Positions 1-15,410 are shown, counted from the first letter of the stretch. The stretch is DNA of 64,000 nt from the human T2T-CHM13v2.0 reference genome, Homo sapiens (GCF_009914755.1 NC_060927.1); one strand, 5' to 3'. Notes: generated by a model not told the origin, from the sequence alone. Numbers and translations are program-made.

Positions 1-1560
1 GAAACTGGGAGAATAAAATTGTCATTAACAGAAATGAGCAAGTCAGCTGAATGAGCAGGGTTGGGAGAAGAGGAATGATATGGTCAGTTTCGAATGTGCT
101 AAGTTTTGAAATACCTTTTAGAAATCCAAGTGGAGATGTCAACTAGGCAGCTGGATATACAAATATGAAGTTCAAGGAAGAGGTCTGGGTGACATATAAA
201 TGTGACAGTTGTCAGCATATAAATGGTATTTAAACCCATGAGACACTAAGGAAATGCATGTTGATAGAAAAGAGACCCAAGGACTAAATCCTGGGCAGCC
301 CAGGACTGAGTTTAGGGACATGAGAGGAAGGCAGAAAGGATACTGAGAAATGGCCAGTGAGCCAGAAATGAAGATCAGGAGCTTATTCTCAAAGGTGACT
401 TTCTAAGAAGAAGAAGGCGTGATCAACAAAGTTAAATGCTGCCAAAGGGCACATCATACGAAAGAACTGAGAATCGGCTATTGGGTTGAGCAACGTGGAG
501 GTCACTGGTGGCCTTCATAAGAGGAGCTTTCTTGGTGAGTTAGAGATGAGATGAGAGTCCATCTGCAGTGGATTCATGAGAGAATGGGAGGAGAGAAATT
601 GGAAATAGATGAGGTAACTCTTTTGGAGAGTTTTGCTGTAAAGGAGGGCAGAGAAATGGGGCAGCAGCTAGAGGAAAAGTAGAAGTCAAGGGACAAAAAT
701 TAATGGAAAAAATGGTAGCATATTTGTATACTGTTGTGGGAAGGGGTATGAGGGAGGGTAGGTAGGTATTTACCATAAAGGAGATAAAGGAGAGGATTGC
801 TGGCACAGGCTCCTTGAGTAGGTGAGAAAGGGTGGGAGTGTGTGAACAGATGGAGGAGCTTACCTTAGATAGCAGCAGGGCAGGTCAGTGTCAGCAACAG
901 AACAGAAGGAGAACATAGCAATGGGCTTGGAGGTGGTTAGCGGGAACTTCTGATTATTATACTTCTGTTTTCTCAGGGAAACAGGAGGCAATTTTATCAG
1001 CTGAGAATGAGGATGGGGAGAGGGTGTTAAAGGTTTAAAGGAAGAGAGGAGAAGTTCAAACAGTTGGCTTGGAAAGTGGGAGAATGAACAGACTAGAGAA
1101 ATGTGGCAGGTGCTGAGGGACCACTTGAGTCTGTGACCGTGAATGGATAGTGAGACTGGACAGGAGACTTGGGTATTTTTCCTAGTAAGGTTCAGTGGCA
1201 GAGGTGTAGCCAGCAAGTAGGAAGAAAGCTGGAGTCAACCAGGATTGGGACTTTGCCAGGCAGATACCATGAAGAGAGGGATGGGCAAAGGATTCAAGAA
1301 TGTATGCAAGTGAATGGTTATAATGATGGACTGTGGAACTTAAGCTGAGTAAGGAGGGAAGTAAGGACGTGAGGGAGTGTGAGAAATAGTAAAAGAGGCA
1401 CTGGATTTGTAAATTGTGTGTCCCAGTGTGGCTGAAAAATTACTGGTTTTAGGTAACACACAGAGTGAGCTAGAAAGAGAGGAAGTAGTGATTGAGAAGT
1501 GTGATGCTGGAATTTGAGATTTTAGAGATGTTTCAGGAATAGGCGAAGAAAAAGTCTGGA
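1..1560 (-). mobile_element. LINE-2 fragment (ORF2/RT region); probably continues at ~2015-2200
   Basis: Reverse complement of 181-241 reads HGFKYHLYADNCHIYMS, the degenerate L2 reverse-transcriptase YADD motif; purine-rich L2 antisense texture. Confidence 0.8.
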
Positions 1561-1562
1561 GG

Positions 1563-2013
1563 TGTGTTATGGGCTGATCATGTCTCTCCTAAATGCACAT
1601 GTTGAAGTTCTAACCCCCCATAATCTCAAACGTGACTGTATTTGGATAGGGCCTTTAAAGTGATGATGAAGTTAAAATGAGGACAGCATGGTGGGGATAA
1701 TCCAATCAGATTATAAAAAGAGGGAATTTGGACACACAAAGAGATTCCAGGGGTGCAAAGAGAAAAGACTGTGTGAGGACACAGTGAGAAGTGGCTATCT
1801 GCTAGCCAAAGAGAGAAAGGCCCCAGGAGAAACCAATCTGCCAACACAGATTTGGCACATAATTTACAAATCTGCTTTGAGATTTGGCACATAACTTACA
1901 AATCTGCTTTGACCTTGGAATTCTGGCCTCCAGAACTGTGAGAAAATAAATGTCTTTTGTTCAAGTCACCCAGTCTGTGGTGTTTTGTTATGTCAGTCCT
2001 AGCAGACTGACAC
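1563..2013 (+). mobile_element. MaLR solo LTR (MLT1B-like)
   Basis: TG...CA ends; typical GCCTCCAGAACTGTGAGAAAATAAATG...CCCAGTCTGTGGTGTTTTGTTATG 3' part. Confidence 0.85.
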
Positions 2014-2220
2014 AAGTTGTGATCCTAGGAGTGAGTAGTGTAGGGAGGTGGAGGACAAGATGACTGGTGAAAAGGAATGGAAAGGGAAGTGTATTGGAAT
2101 TATCATTTATAATGAATACTAAAATAAAAAATTAGACAATGTCAGTTTGGGAGAGAATGACTACATTTAGAAAGCCAGGTGCTAGACTCTTCAAGGAATG
2201 AAAGAAAATAAGCTTGAGGG

Positions 2221-2804
2221 AGGATTTAGAACTAGAAATACCATTTGACCCATCCATCCCATTACTGAGTATATGCCCAAAGGATTATAAATCATGCTGC
2301 TATAAAGACACATGCACATGTATGTTTATTGTGGCACTATTCACAATAGCAGACTTGGAACCAACCCAAATGCCCATCAATGGTAGACTGGATTAAGAAA
2401 ATGTGGCACATATACACCATGGAATACTATGCAGCCATAAAAAAGGATGAGTTCATGTCCTTTGTGAGGACATGGATGAAGCTGGAAACCATAATTCTCA
2501 GCAAACTATAGCAAGGACAGAAAACCAAACACTGCATGTTCTCACTCATAGGTGGGAACTGAACAATGAGAACACTTGGACACAGGAAGGGGAACATCAC
2601 ACACCAGGGCCTGTCGTGGGGTGGGGGACAGGGGGAGGGATAGCATTAGGAGATATACCTAATGTAAATGACGAGTTAATGGGTGCGGCACACCAACATG
2701 GCACATGTATACATATGTAACAAACCTGCACGTTGTGCACATGTACCCTAGAACTGAAAGTATAATAATAAAAAATAAACTAATTACTTAATAAATTTTT
2801 AAAA
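2221..2804 (+). mobile_element. L1PA (about PA4-5) 5'-truncated 3' end with TSD
   Basis: ORF2 C-terminus (LELEIPFDPSIPLL), L1PA 3' UTR and poly(A). TSD AAAGAAAATAAGCTTGAGGG (2201-2220) / AAAGAAAGTAACCTTGAGGG (2805-2824). Confidence 0.93.
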
Positions 2805-3539
2805 AAAGAAAGTAACCTTGAGGGGGACTGAACTGCAGGTGGGAGATGGAAATATCATCTAGCATTGAAATTTACAGTTTCTTAATCCAATAGTCACCAC
2901 TCCCCTTCCCAGTGATTTTTAAGCAGAATTTAAAAAAAAATGAAAATGTTTGATTTGGCTCTTCGTTTTCCTCGATGTGAAACCTTCTCTCATAGAGGTT
3001 CTAACAGGCACTGAAACGAGAATTAAGAAAGGGTGGGAGCAGAATAATCGCTGAAGGGGGTCATTGGCTACCAGGAAACCCAGAAGTAGCTGTGTTCTAC
3101 TAGACATACTTGCAAGGTTCTAAGGAGGTTTAACTTAATTGAGATTTGACTTTAAAAAAAACTTTTTATTGTCAATATTTTGCTCTTTGGAGAGCAGTGA
3201 CTAAGATTACATTTTGTTAATGTTTGTGGGGAGCAGAATCATTGAGCATTGTCTGCTTTGTAAAAGTGCTGTGGCTCCCAGGAATCTTCAGTGTCAGTGA
3301 AGTGAGCTGTCACTCTCAGTCAGGGTCTCCTTCCAATTAACTACGATAAATTGACATCTATTGAGTATCTTCTATGTGGAGGCGCTGTGCTAGAAGTTTT
3401 CACATGCATTAAAAACAAAAAGCCGAAAAATGAATTCTTACAATAACACTAAGGTAAAGGCATTATTAACCCTATTTTGCATGTATAAAAAAAATGGATG
3501 TAAGAAGAAAACCGTCCTTTTTACTTTATTGTTATTTAA

Positions 3540-4043
3540 AAAACAATTTTGACTTTTATTTTAGATTCAGAAGGTACATGTGCAGGTTTTTTACATGGGT
3601 ATGTTGCAGGATGCTGAAGTTTTGGACCATTAGGCCCCAAACCCATCACCCAGGTAGTGAGTATAGTACTCAATAGGTAGTTTTAAAGTCCATCCTTTCC
3701 TCCTTCTTCACTCTGGTGGTCCCCAGTGTCTATTATTGCTATCTTTATGTCCATGAGTGCCTAATACTTAGTTTCCACTTATAAGTGAGAACATGAGGCA
3801 TTTGGTTTTCTGTTCCTGCATTAATTCACTTAGAATAATGGCCTCCAGATGCATCCATGTTGCCACAAACAACATGATTTCATTCCTTTTTATGGCTGCC
3901 TAGTATTCCATGGTGTATATCTACCACACTTTCTTTATCCTATCTACCACTGATGGGCACCTAGGTTGATTGTATGTCTTTGCTATTGTGAATGGTGCTG
4001 TGATAAGCATACGTGTGTCTTTTGGGTAGAACATGGATTTTTC
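3540..4043 (-). mobile_element. Older L1PA (PA13-16-like) 3' end
   Basis: Antisense L1 3' UTR: GTACATGTGCAGGTT...CCACTTATAAGTGAGAACATG...TAGTATTCCATGGTGTATA. Confidence 0.85.
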
Positions 4044-5881
4044 TACAAAAGAAATTTAAAAACTTGCTCAGAAACTAGAAGTTAAGTCTGACTTTCACAT
4101 TCTTTATGCTATTCCACCATGTTCACCCTTGCCTGATAACATTGTTGTGCATTACCCCTCTCTTCTTCATTGTAAATTGGTTTCAAATTTGGAGGTTCTA
4201 ATTCCTTGGTAGTAGCTTCCTACAGTGCTATTTTGAAGGCACACTGGTTTCGGTGGGAGAGATATACAGATTAGCTAGATAGATTAGTGATGTCTGCAGT
4301 GGAGATGGGGTCAGAGAAGAACAACATGCATGGCTAGTATTCCCTAGTCTTTGTCCAGCCTCAAACGATGATGTCTCTACTGACGGTATCATGTCACAGG
4401 TTGTTATGAAGACTTGGTGAGGAAGTACATGATCAATTGTTATTTGGAAGATGGTTCCAGAAGAATGACAGAAGTGAATGAAGAGGATATTCCTGGCTGG
4501 AAAACTTGATAAAATTGTTGAAAAGGGAGTTGAGTAATTTATTTGTCTTTGGTTACCCTATTAGTGAAAACAGCTAATGAAGTCTCCCCAGATAACTCAA
4601 CATTTTACTTAATTTCATCTCTAAGAAAACACTTTTAACCTGCCTCTGGAAAAAAATATGTTTGCTCATAAATAACATTCTTGAAGCCATTTGCCTCCGG
4701 TAAACTCTCAAATTTTTTTGCCAAAGAATTCTTACTAAATCAGGATTTTCTTGCTGGTCCTCCAGTAACTGGGAGGAGCCACTGGGATGCCGTGCTTGTT
4801 GGCTGCTTCTGGCCTTGGCTTCCTGTTCTCCACAGCAGAGGGGAGGAAATCCGCAGGATGCCTGCTACCAGGGGACAGGGTGACTCAGGAGGAAAGACTC
4901 CACCTAAAATAGTCGTGGTATGCAGTCTCTGAGTCACTTCACTTTGAAATCAGTTAATATAAGATCCTGGAATTAGCCCCACAGGTGACGGGAAGTGGGG
5001 AAGAAGGAAATATCTGAAAAAAAGTTTATCCAAAAGAGAAATTGTCCATGAATATGACTTTTTAACAGCAGAAAAGGCTAATATTCAGGGAGAAATTTCA
5101 CCTTGAGAGTTTAAAGTAGATAAACTGTGATTTCTTCCATGGAGCATGGGCATAAAGCACTGGTCTGGGTCCAATTTAGGGACCCACTGGGAATGAATGT
5201 TTGCTTAAAAACACATTAGACAAGCAGCAGCAGGGCAGCTGTGTAAACAGAAGTGTGCTGTTTTGATGCAGTTTTCCTGACTGTTGTGTTTATAATCCTT
5301 TCTCTAGAATTATCTGGCCAAAATGTCCATAGTGCCAATAAATTCCAGGTTTATCTCTAACTAATGATAAACATTAAGCTCTTTCCCTACTGAGACAGGG
5401 AGAAGAGTATTCCTGTTTCTATTCAAAGTTCCCCAAAGCAGCTTTCTGTATTTGAAATGTCCTCTCAGACCATTGTTGAACCTCCCTTTACTCCCTTCTG
5501 ACTGGCTCCCAGCCTCCTAGAATTAATTTATTTATTCAAGCTCTTCATAGTAGGGGAGGAAGGAACTGTATTCAGTCATTTATTCTTAAAACGTGTATTG
5601 AACATTTACATGATGACACATGATGACTGAGGCAAAGAACACCCATTCCTTCAAAATGCTCAGAGTCTAGTTGAGGAAATAAAAAAGTTAAACAACAAAT
5701 TCGTAATACAAAATGTTGAATATCCAGTAGATTTAACCATAGGCTTTTTGAAAGACACAGGAACCTTGAATGGAGCTGGAGTTCAAGTGAGATTTCTTGG
5801 AAGTCTGGAGGACAAAACTGAGTCTTCAAGGTTAAGATGCAAGTATCTAGGTAAACTGAGCCTCAATCAAAGCTAAATGTT

Positions 5882-6186
<305 letters not shown>

Positions 6187-7256
6187 TCACTGGTAGATAA
6201 ATGCAGTGTGAAGCTTGATTGGATATTGGTTTGGCAAAACATGGTGAGACACATTTTGGGGATGATTGGAAAAATACGAATGTATGAATGTAGACCGTAT
6301 TAGACAATATTAGAAGGTTGTTATTAACTTGGATGTAATGATGGTGTTATGAAGGAGTTGCTCTAAATTTTTGGAGATGCATATGTCTTCCTCCCTGAAA
6401 TGGTTTAGCAAAAGAATAAGGAGAAGGAGGAGGAAGAGGAGGAGAAGAATGGTAGATAGATAAATGAAGCAAATGTGACAAAATATTAACAATTGTTGGA
6501 CTTAAATCTGAATGTTCATTGTACTAGTTTTTCCACTTTCCTGAAATTTTTGTAAAAAGTAGTTGCAAAAGAATACCCTAGTAGACACTCAGTTACATGC
6601 TCAGACTCTAGAATTGTGAGAAATAAATTTTTGTTGTTTGTAAATTAGTGGGTTTAAAATATTTCATTATAGCAACTTGAATGGAGGCAGAGGCTAATTT
6701 GGCACAAATATTATTAACTTTAAATGTGTATAACTTTAAAAACTGTAAAGGATTCTCAATAAAAAATTTGTGTTCTAGGATCACACAGAGTTAAGTTTCT
6801 CTGTGTCTATATAGGCATGGGCATGCCTGTCTCGAAGCACTTCCTTGGGATATATTTTTCATTGATTTTATATGTTCTTTAAACAATTAAAATGTATAAA
6901 AATGATTTCTTAATTCTAATCAATAAAAAATACTAGACATCCATCTTTTATAAATGAGGAACACCTATAATATGGTGGTGGCACTGAACGCGGAGATAAT
7001 TTAAGAGTAGAATCTTTTCCAGGAATAATTTTTCAGATAAGATATGTTTGCACATGGGCATACAAACCTATCAAATAAGAATTCTACTGTGGAAAGAAAG
7101 GACTGGAAATCTATCTCTCCATCCATAGAAAACTGGTGAAATAGATTATGGAATTATTTATGCAATGAATTACTATACGATTGTTAAAAATGAGATAAAT
7201 ATATTTTTGCTGATATGCAATGATGGCTAAGTTTAAAAACAAACAAACAAACATGT

Positions 7257-7519
7257 GACTGGGCACAGTGGCTGACACCTGTAATCCTAGCACTTTGGGA
7301 GACCAAAGCGGGAGGATCACTTGAGTCCAAAAGTTTGAGACCAGCCTGGGCAACATAACCAGACCCTGACTCTACAAAAGATTTAAAAATTAGCTGTCCA
7401 TGGTGGCACACACCTGTAGTCCCAGCTACTCAGAAGACTGAGGCAAGAGGATGGCTTGAGCCCAGGAGTTCGAGGTTATAATGACAAAAAGAGACTCTAT
7501 TTTCAAAAAAAAGAAAAAG
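7257..7519 (+). mobile_element. AluJ with internal deletion in the right arm
   Basis: Alu left arm and partial right arm, then an A-tail. Confidence 0.88.
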
Positions 7520-7621
7520 ACTGTATATAAAGTGTTCCCATTACATAACAAAAGCATGTGTATACACACATACACTTGCATAAGCATAAAAGATCTCTGG
7601 AAGACTACAACAGGAAGCTGC

Positions 7622-8400
7622 TGCATTAGTCAGGAGCCATTCAGGGGACAGAAACCACAAGTAATTTGAATACAGAAGGTTTAATATGAAGAATGATTAT
7701 TTACAGGGAATTACTAAAGAGGAACACTAAGAGAACTCTGAAGAATACCTTTGGGCTGACAAAGAGTACCCGAGGAAGAAATGAGCTTGGAAGGGGTGCC
7801 CCTCAAGGTTGGATCCAGACTTCCTGGGAGAGGGTGCAGCCCTCTGGGTGTGCATTTTGCTGGATTGCTCCAGGTCAGAGCTGATCCACAGTTGACAGGT
7901 TGGGAGTCATAAGCCAGGGCTGGCAAGGTGGAAATTCCCCCAGTGGGAAACCAGCAGGCTGAGGCTGGCAGGCAAGAAATCAATGGCTGAGGGGTGCTGA
8001 CAAAATTCATGGGGAAACTGCCCATGGGGAGTGCTGTTGAACTTGTGGGAAACTGGTTGGGCCATGGTGGGGACACACTGGAAAGCTTCCAGGATGCTGC
8101 TGCAGGACCATTGAGGAACTGGCCACAGGGAAACCAGCTGGGGCACCCATGAAACTTGTTGGCGTGAGCTCCATCACTGCGTCGCTCACATACCAGCCCA
8201 GCACCACAGAAGCAAGAGCAGAAAGTCTACAAGAATCAGGAAGGAAGATAATCCCCTTTTTCTTCCAGAGTCCCTCCAGGTCTTCTACTGGCAAAACTTA
8301 ACACTGTGTCAGCTGGCAAAGGAAAGATGTTTCAGTATCTCAAGCAGAGAAAGGAAGGGTGCATTTGGCACAGAAAGGCAATAGGTTCATAAATGCCACA
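7622..8400 (-). mobile_element. ERVL solo LTR (LTR41/LTR33-like)
   Basis: Minus strand starts TGTGGCATTTATGAACCTATTGCC...TTGCCAGCTGACACAGTGTTAAGTTTTGCCAGTAGAAG and ends CTGACTAATGCA. Confidence 0.7.
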
Positions 8401-9715
8401 GCTGGTAACAGTCGTATCTAGGGAGAAAAACTGGATGAGGAGGCTCAGATGTGAGACAGAAACTTACTTTTCACTGTAAATCTTTGTACTGCTTGATTTG
8501 TGGGAAAAACATTGAGAAATTTCCTTACTGCATCAAGTATGAGTTTCATACTTCAGAATAATAATGATGCTGCTGATAGTAAATGACAGCCATTGTTAAA
8601 TGCTTTTGCTATATTAACTTACCAAATCTTCTTTGTGAGTTACGACTATTAGACCTAATTTTTACGCAGGAAGAAATCGAGGCACAAAGAGGTGAAATAA
8701 CTTGCCAAAGCTTCGCTAGCAAGCGGCTGAGCTATAACTATGATAATCTGGCTGCAGAATCTGTGCTCTTGACCACTACACTGTACTAATTTACTGTATC
8801 TATCAGGGTTTACTGCGACATAAAACACAACAAATGAATGGAGTGATAGTCATTAACACTATTCATCAGATATCTCCAAATCATTGACTCCCCCTAGGGG
8901 TGAATTGGGTCATGTGATTAATGAGCTGTATGTTGTCATTTCCAGTCAAGCATTTTAATTGCGAGAGACTCTCCATGGCTGGTTTTTTTGTCTTGCATGG
9001 AGAATGGCAATGTTAGAGATGACTCTACAATTGTAGTATGATGAACAGACTTTCTATATTGACTGTAATGGGCATATCACATGAGAAAGAAGTAAACCTC
9101 TGATTTTCTAAGCCCTTGCTATTTTGATGCTGCTGCTTACTGAAGCATAATCTAGCTCATTTTACCGATATAAATGATGTGTTCCTGATTAGAGTTAAAG
9201 AGAAAAACACATGTTTTTAAAAATTCCAAAAGAGTAAATATAGTACTTTATTCTAAAATGTTTCTCCTAAAAATTTTGAACTTAGAAAAACTGAAGGAAT
9301 ACAATGATCACTGTTTATCTTTCAACTAGATTCATCAATTGCTCATTTTTTATCCTCTTTATCTTTCTCACATAATTTCTTTCTGAACCATTTGAAAGTT
9401 GGAGACATCATGAAACTTCACTGAAAAAAACTTCATAAGCACCTTCTAAGACCAAGAACATTCTTCTGCTTGACCACATTGAAAATGGAAAATGTTGATT
9501 CCTTATTGAATTAGCATATTTTAAAATTCTACAATATACATAAAATAGCTTTAGAATACCCATATAACTATAAATTATACATCTATGAAGTAAAGTTTAG
9601 ATTTCTTGTGGTCCCTTTTTTTTTTTCTTTAGACTATAAAGACACTAAGCATGTATCATCAGGGTATTGTGTTTGGTATGGAAAAGAGTAATTCAAGTAA
9701 CCTTTGGGTTTAGTT

Positions 9716-9848
9716 TTACTTTTCAGATATTAAAAATGGAATCTCATTATGTTGCCCAGGCTGGTCTCAAATTCCTGGTCTCGAGTAATCCTCCCTTCTC
9801 AGCCTCCTGAGTAGCTGGGACTACAGGCATGAGCCACCATGTCCAGCT
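9716..9848 (-). mobile_element. Alu monomer (FLAM-like)
   Basis: Antisense monomer; CAAGTAAC repeated on both sides. Confidence 0.8.
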
Positions 9849-10164
9849 CTCAAGTAACTTTGAAAACCGTACTCTGTGTGTTCTTAGTAAGATGTGTTCT
9901 AAGGACAAAAGGGTCTTGCAAAGAAATCTTGATAATAATTTGATATAGGCATTAATTTGTTTTCTTTTATATTCTCCTTTAGGGTTTGCTTTTTAAAATC
10001 TTTTAATTAGATGAATCTCTTTTACTTGGTTCGACAGTCAGAACAATATAAAAAGGTGTATTTAAAGAAGTGCCACTCCCATCCTTTGCTTCCATTCTGT
10101 TCCCACCCTCCTCCATAAGTAGATATTTTCATTAGTCTCTGTTTTATCCCTTTTGTTTGTTTCT

Positions 10165-10232
10165 TTTTTTTTTTTTTTTTTTTTTTGCAAAATCACACAC
10201 ACACACACACACACACACAACACACACACACA
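10165..10232. repeat. Poly(T) run followed by (CA)n microsatellite
   Basis: Directly visible. Confidence 0.9.
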
Positions 10233-10325
10233 TTTCTCCTTATTTTCCACACGGTAGTGTCCTATATATGTTCTCTTTTTTTTTCACTTAATACCATTTC
10301 CTAGAAGTCACTGCATATTAGTTTA

Positions 10326-10696
<371 letters not shown>

Positions 10697-11609
10697 TTAA
10701 TTTATTAGTGGCAGCTTGGGTTGTTTCCAGTATTTTACTGTTATAAATGATATTGTGATGAAAAACTTTGTATGCGTGTTCTTTCATATTTGTGGAGATG
10801 TACCTTCAAGGTAGTTTCCCAGAAGTGCATTTTCTGGGTGGAAAGGTAAATAACATAATCATAATTGTTAGGTATTTCCCAGTTTCCTCCATCAGGGGTT
10901 GTATCATTCTGCATTTCCACCAGCATTGTATGACAGTGCTTGGATCCCCCCAGCCTCAACCAACGAAGTGTGTTCTCAAGTGTTTGAATTATTGCCAGTC
11001 TAATAAATAAGAAATTATATCTCTATGTACTTTTAATTTACATTTTTCTTATTATCAGTAAAGTTGAACATCTTTTTATATGGTTAAGGGCCATTTATTT
11101 ATCTCTTTCTATGAACTGTTTACGATTGTGTCAATTTTTCCATCAGGTTTTTAAATTTTATTCTTTTTGATTTTTAGCCACTCTTTATATATTAAAGAGA
11201 TTAGTCCTTTGCAATATGTTACAAGTATTTTTACTAGTATTTATTTGTCTTTGACTTTGCTTATGATGTCTTATGCCTTGCCAAAAAAAAAAAAAAACCC
11301 TTTATTTTCATGTAGTCAAATTTATCAAGATTTTCTATTATTGCTTTGGGATCTCATTTTATAGCTTTGAAAATAATTATCTCCAAATCCAGTTATAAAA
11401 ATTTATTCATGCTTTCTTCTAGTACTTTTTTGCTTTACCTTTTTTTTTTTACATTTAGATTGCTGATCCACTGAAATTTATTCTGGTATATGCTGTGAGA
11501 TAGGGATCTGAATTTATCTTTTTGAAATGTCTATTGTAGTTATCACTACACCATTTTTAAAAGTTATTATTTTCTTTAGTGATCATTGTTGTTATTTACT
11601 AATTTTTAT

Positions 11610-12047
11610 ATGTCAAAAACAAAATCAGATCAAGTTAGAAAATTTTAAAGAATGTATTGTACTTACAAAAGAACAGTTTTCCAACCAGGAGACTTTGAAT
11701 AAATGTAAGAAGGTAATAATGGTAAGAAGCTCACCTTACAGCAGTTATAGCACAGTGTATAAAGCATAAAAGAGAAATTATTTGGACCTTTTTCGTGATT
11801 GGCTATTATACATTAACATTCTTTTTAGGACAAATAGTGCTATTCAAGCTAATTTATCTATAGCTGATTGGCTTAATTTCACTGAATTATACTGGCAAGG
11901 ACATAAAGTTATGTTTTGTGTTTTATTTATGATTAGAAATTAGCATTTCAGAAAATCGAGATGAATAAAGTTTTGGTTATATGGTTAAAGATGGTTAGCC
12001 TTGGGGTATATCTAAACTGTAGCCTCCATTTGTATTTTTCTTTAACA
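11610..12047 (-). mobile_element. ERV1-class solo LTR (MER4 group, family uncertain)
   Basis: TGT...TTTAACA ends; minus-strand start TGTTAAAGAAAAATACAAATGGAGGC; it interrupts the L1M. Confidence 0.55.
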
Positions 12048-12427
12048 CGTAAATACTTGGGTCTATTTGGAAATGTCTAGTCTGTTCCATTTTTCTGTCT
12101 CTCTATTCATGCTGTATACTTTTTAATCATATGCAAGTGTTACTCTCCTATTTCTCTTGAAACATAATTATAAGGAAAAAGTGCTGTGCCCATGGGACTT
12201 GGTGACTAATTGAATGTGGAGTTTGGAATAGAGGAAAGTGTCCAGGCTAACCCCCATACTTCTTTCCCAGATGACTGGGTTGGAAAGTAAGGCTGTTGGC
12301 CAAGATATGGCATGGAGACAGTATAAGGGGAGAGTATTAACAAAGGATGGAAACTTTGTATTGCACTAGGAGTATGCCTGTGAAGAGGAAACCAGAAAGA
12401 GGACTGAGAACAAAGAGTTAAAGAGAT

Positions 12428-13385
<958 letters not shown>

Positions 13386-15174
13386 TGCACAGAGTAGATT
13401 CTTTATAACTGTTTGCTGAATGAATGAACTAATGAATGTATTTTAAAGTAAATGACAATACAAAGCATATTATTCTATAAATTGCTTTTTTGTTGTTGTC
13501 ATAATTTCCTTTTTTTTCCTCTTAACAGTAAATTAATTTACCTGGTAACCTCTCATACAGATTTATATAGCAATATTTGAAACTCTTCTCTAACCACTCC
13601 TGGACTCCTGGAGTGAGGACTCTCAAATTGGGTATTTTAGTGTTAATTTCTCACCACTAAGATGTAGATTAATTTAAAGTCCCATATGGTCTGTTTATAC
13701 TGATGCATCTTGGAGTAAATTACAGATGATATAAAACTGAGTTAAAAAGTATATTTTATTTAGCACTTATATGGTGCTTACTATTTTCCAGCTACTGTTT
13801 TAAGTGTTCTACCAATACTAGCTCATTTAATCCTCACAACAATCCAATGAAGTGGGTACCATTACTATCTTCAGGAAATTAAGGCACAGCGAGGTGAAAT
13901 TACTTGCCTGCATTCATACTGCTGGTAAGAGTTAAGCTGAGATTCAAACTGAGTAATGTGGCTTTGCACGGAGTCTATGCTCTAGGCTGTCTCTTGAGAA
14001 AGTGCCTTTAACGTTTTGTTAGGTTGGCAGTTGCCTTTTTCTGCGATGTGGGTTGAAGAGATCAGCCTGCATGTTTCTCCTGTGATCCCCATCTACAAGC
14101 ACCACACCTGCATCCAGCTGCTCACAACACACACAACTCTGTAAGAACACACAATCATGTACACACACACACTAGGCAGTCCAAATCAGAGAACAAGAAG
14201 CCATTTTCCAAAGTCACCACAACACAGAAGGCATCTTTCTGCTTAAAAAGCATCCTTCCACCCCCAAATTGACATGACTAATTAAAATCCTTAATTCGAA
14301 TTCTGGTTACTTTTTATCTTTCTCTATAAAATTTCATGAATTTTGGTGCTCTATATTTGCATAACAAAAAATATAGTAATTATTTTTCCATAACAAAGGA
14401 ATCATTAGGCAGAGCCTGCTGGGTAAATGGGTGTTTTTAGATGAATTTTAGATTTGTCATGATAGGTCATTGATTAGGATAGAAAATAGAGCGCACTGCA
14501 GTATTGTTTTTGTGAAACCCTGTATACAGATTTTCTGTTTTATATATAACAATTCCCTAAACAAGGTAATTCTGTATACAAGATTTTATATGCCTGAATT
14601 AACACAGCTCTGCTACAAGGTGGTAGAAAAGTTAGCACTGGACAGCAAAAGCTATGACTTATGAAACAGCAGTTTTTACAGTTTCAGAAAGTATAATGTC
14701 TAATCTCCACTGGGTACTTAATTCCATTCATATATCATGGTTTACAATGTACTTTACTGACACAGTCTCATGGACCTAATAACTACTCTGCTAGGTTGTA
14801 GGAAGGACACTGTCATCTCCATTAACACGCAAAGAGATAAGAAAGCCAAGATGGGAGAGGTGGGAGAGGCAGTCTCTTGGCTGTGCTAGGATGGAGCTGC
14901 CCCTGGAATCCACCTTTCTAGGCATTCCACAGTTGCTGGTTGAGGAACCTGCCCTGGTACTGATAGGGTCACAAAAGCCTCAAGGGGTTAACAGGATGGG
15001 AGATACAGTTAATTTTGAGCACCAGTTGGTAGAGGTGACTCCCTTTCCCAATGGTGTTTCCAAGATCACTTCTAGCTCAGAATGTGGGTGTATAAGGGGA
15101 AAGTTCTCATCAGCAACTGCTCTGGTTGCCTGTGACCCAAGCGTAGATCTGCTCAACCTCCATAGTCAGTTAAA

Positions 15175-15390
15175 CCAGTGGGTCCCAACCCTGGCTGCAC
15201 ATTAACTCCTGATTAAAAATCCTAAACCCCAAAGCGTACTGCAGACCAATTGTATCACACTATTTGGGGTTGAGGTCTGGGCGACAGTATTTTTAAAACT
15301 CCCCAGGTGATAGTATTTGTAAAACTCCCCAGGTGATAGTATTTTTAAAACTCCCCAGGTGATTTTAATGTGTAGCTGAGGTCAAGATTC
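15175..15390. mobile_element. MER5A (hAT-Charlie) with internal triplication
   Basis: CAGTGGGTCCCAACCCTGGCTGCACATT...TTTTTAAAACTCCCCAGGTGATTTTAATGTG. Confidence 0.75.
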
Positions 15391-15410
15391 ATAGAATTAG
15401 AGAAATATGG

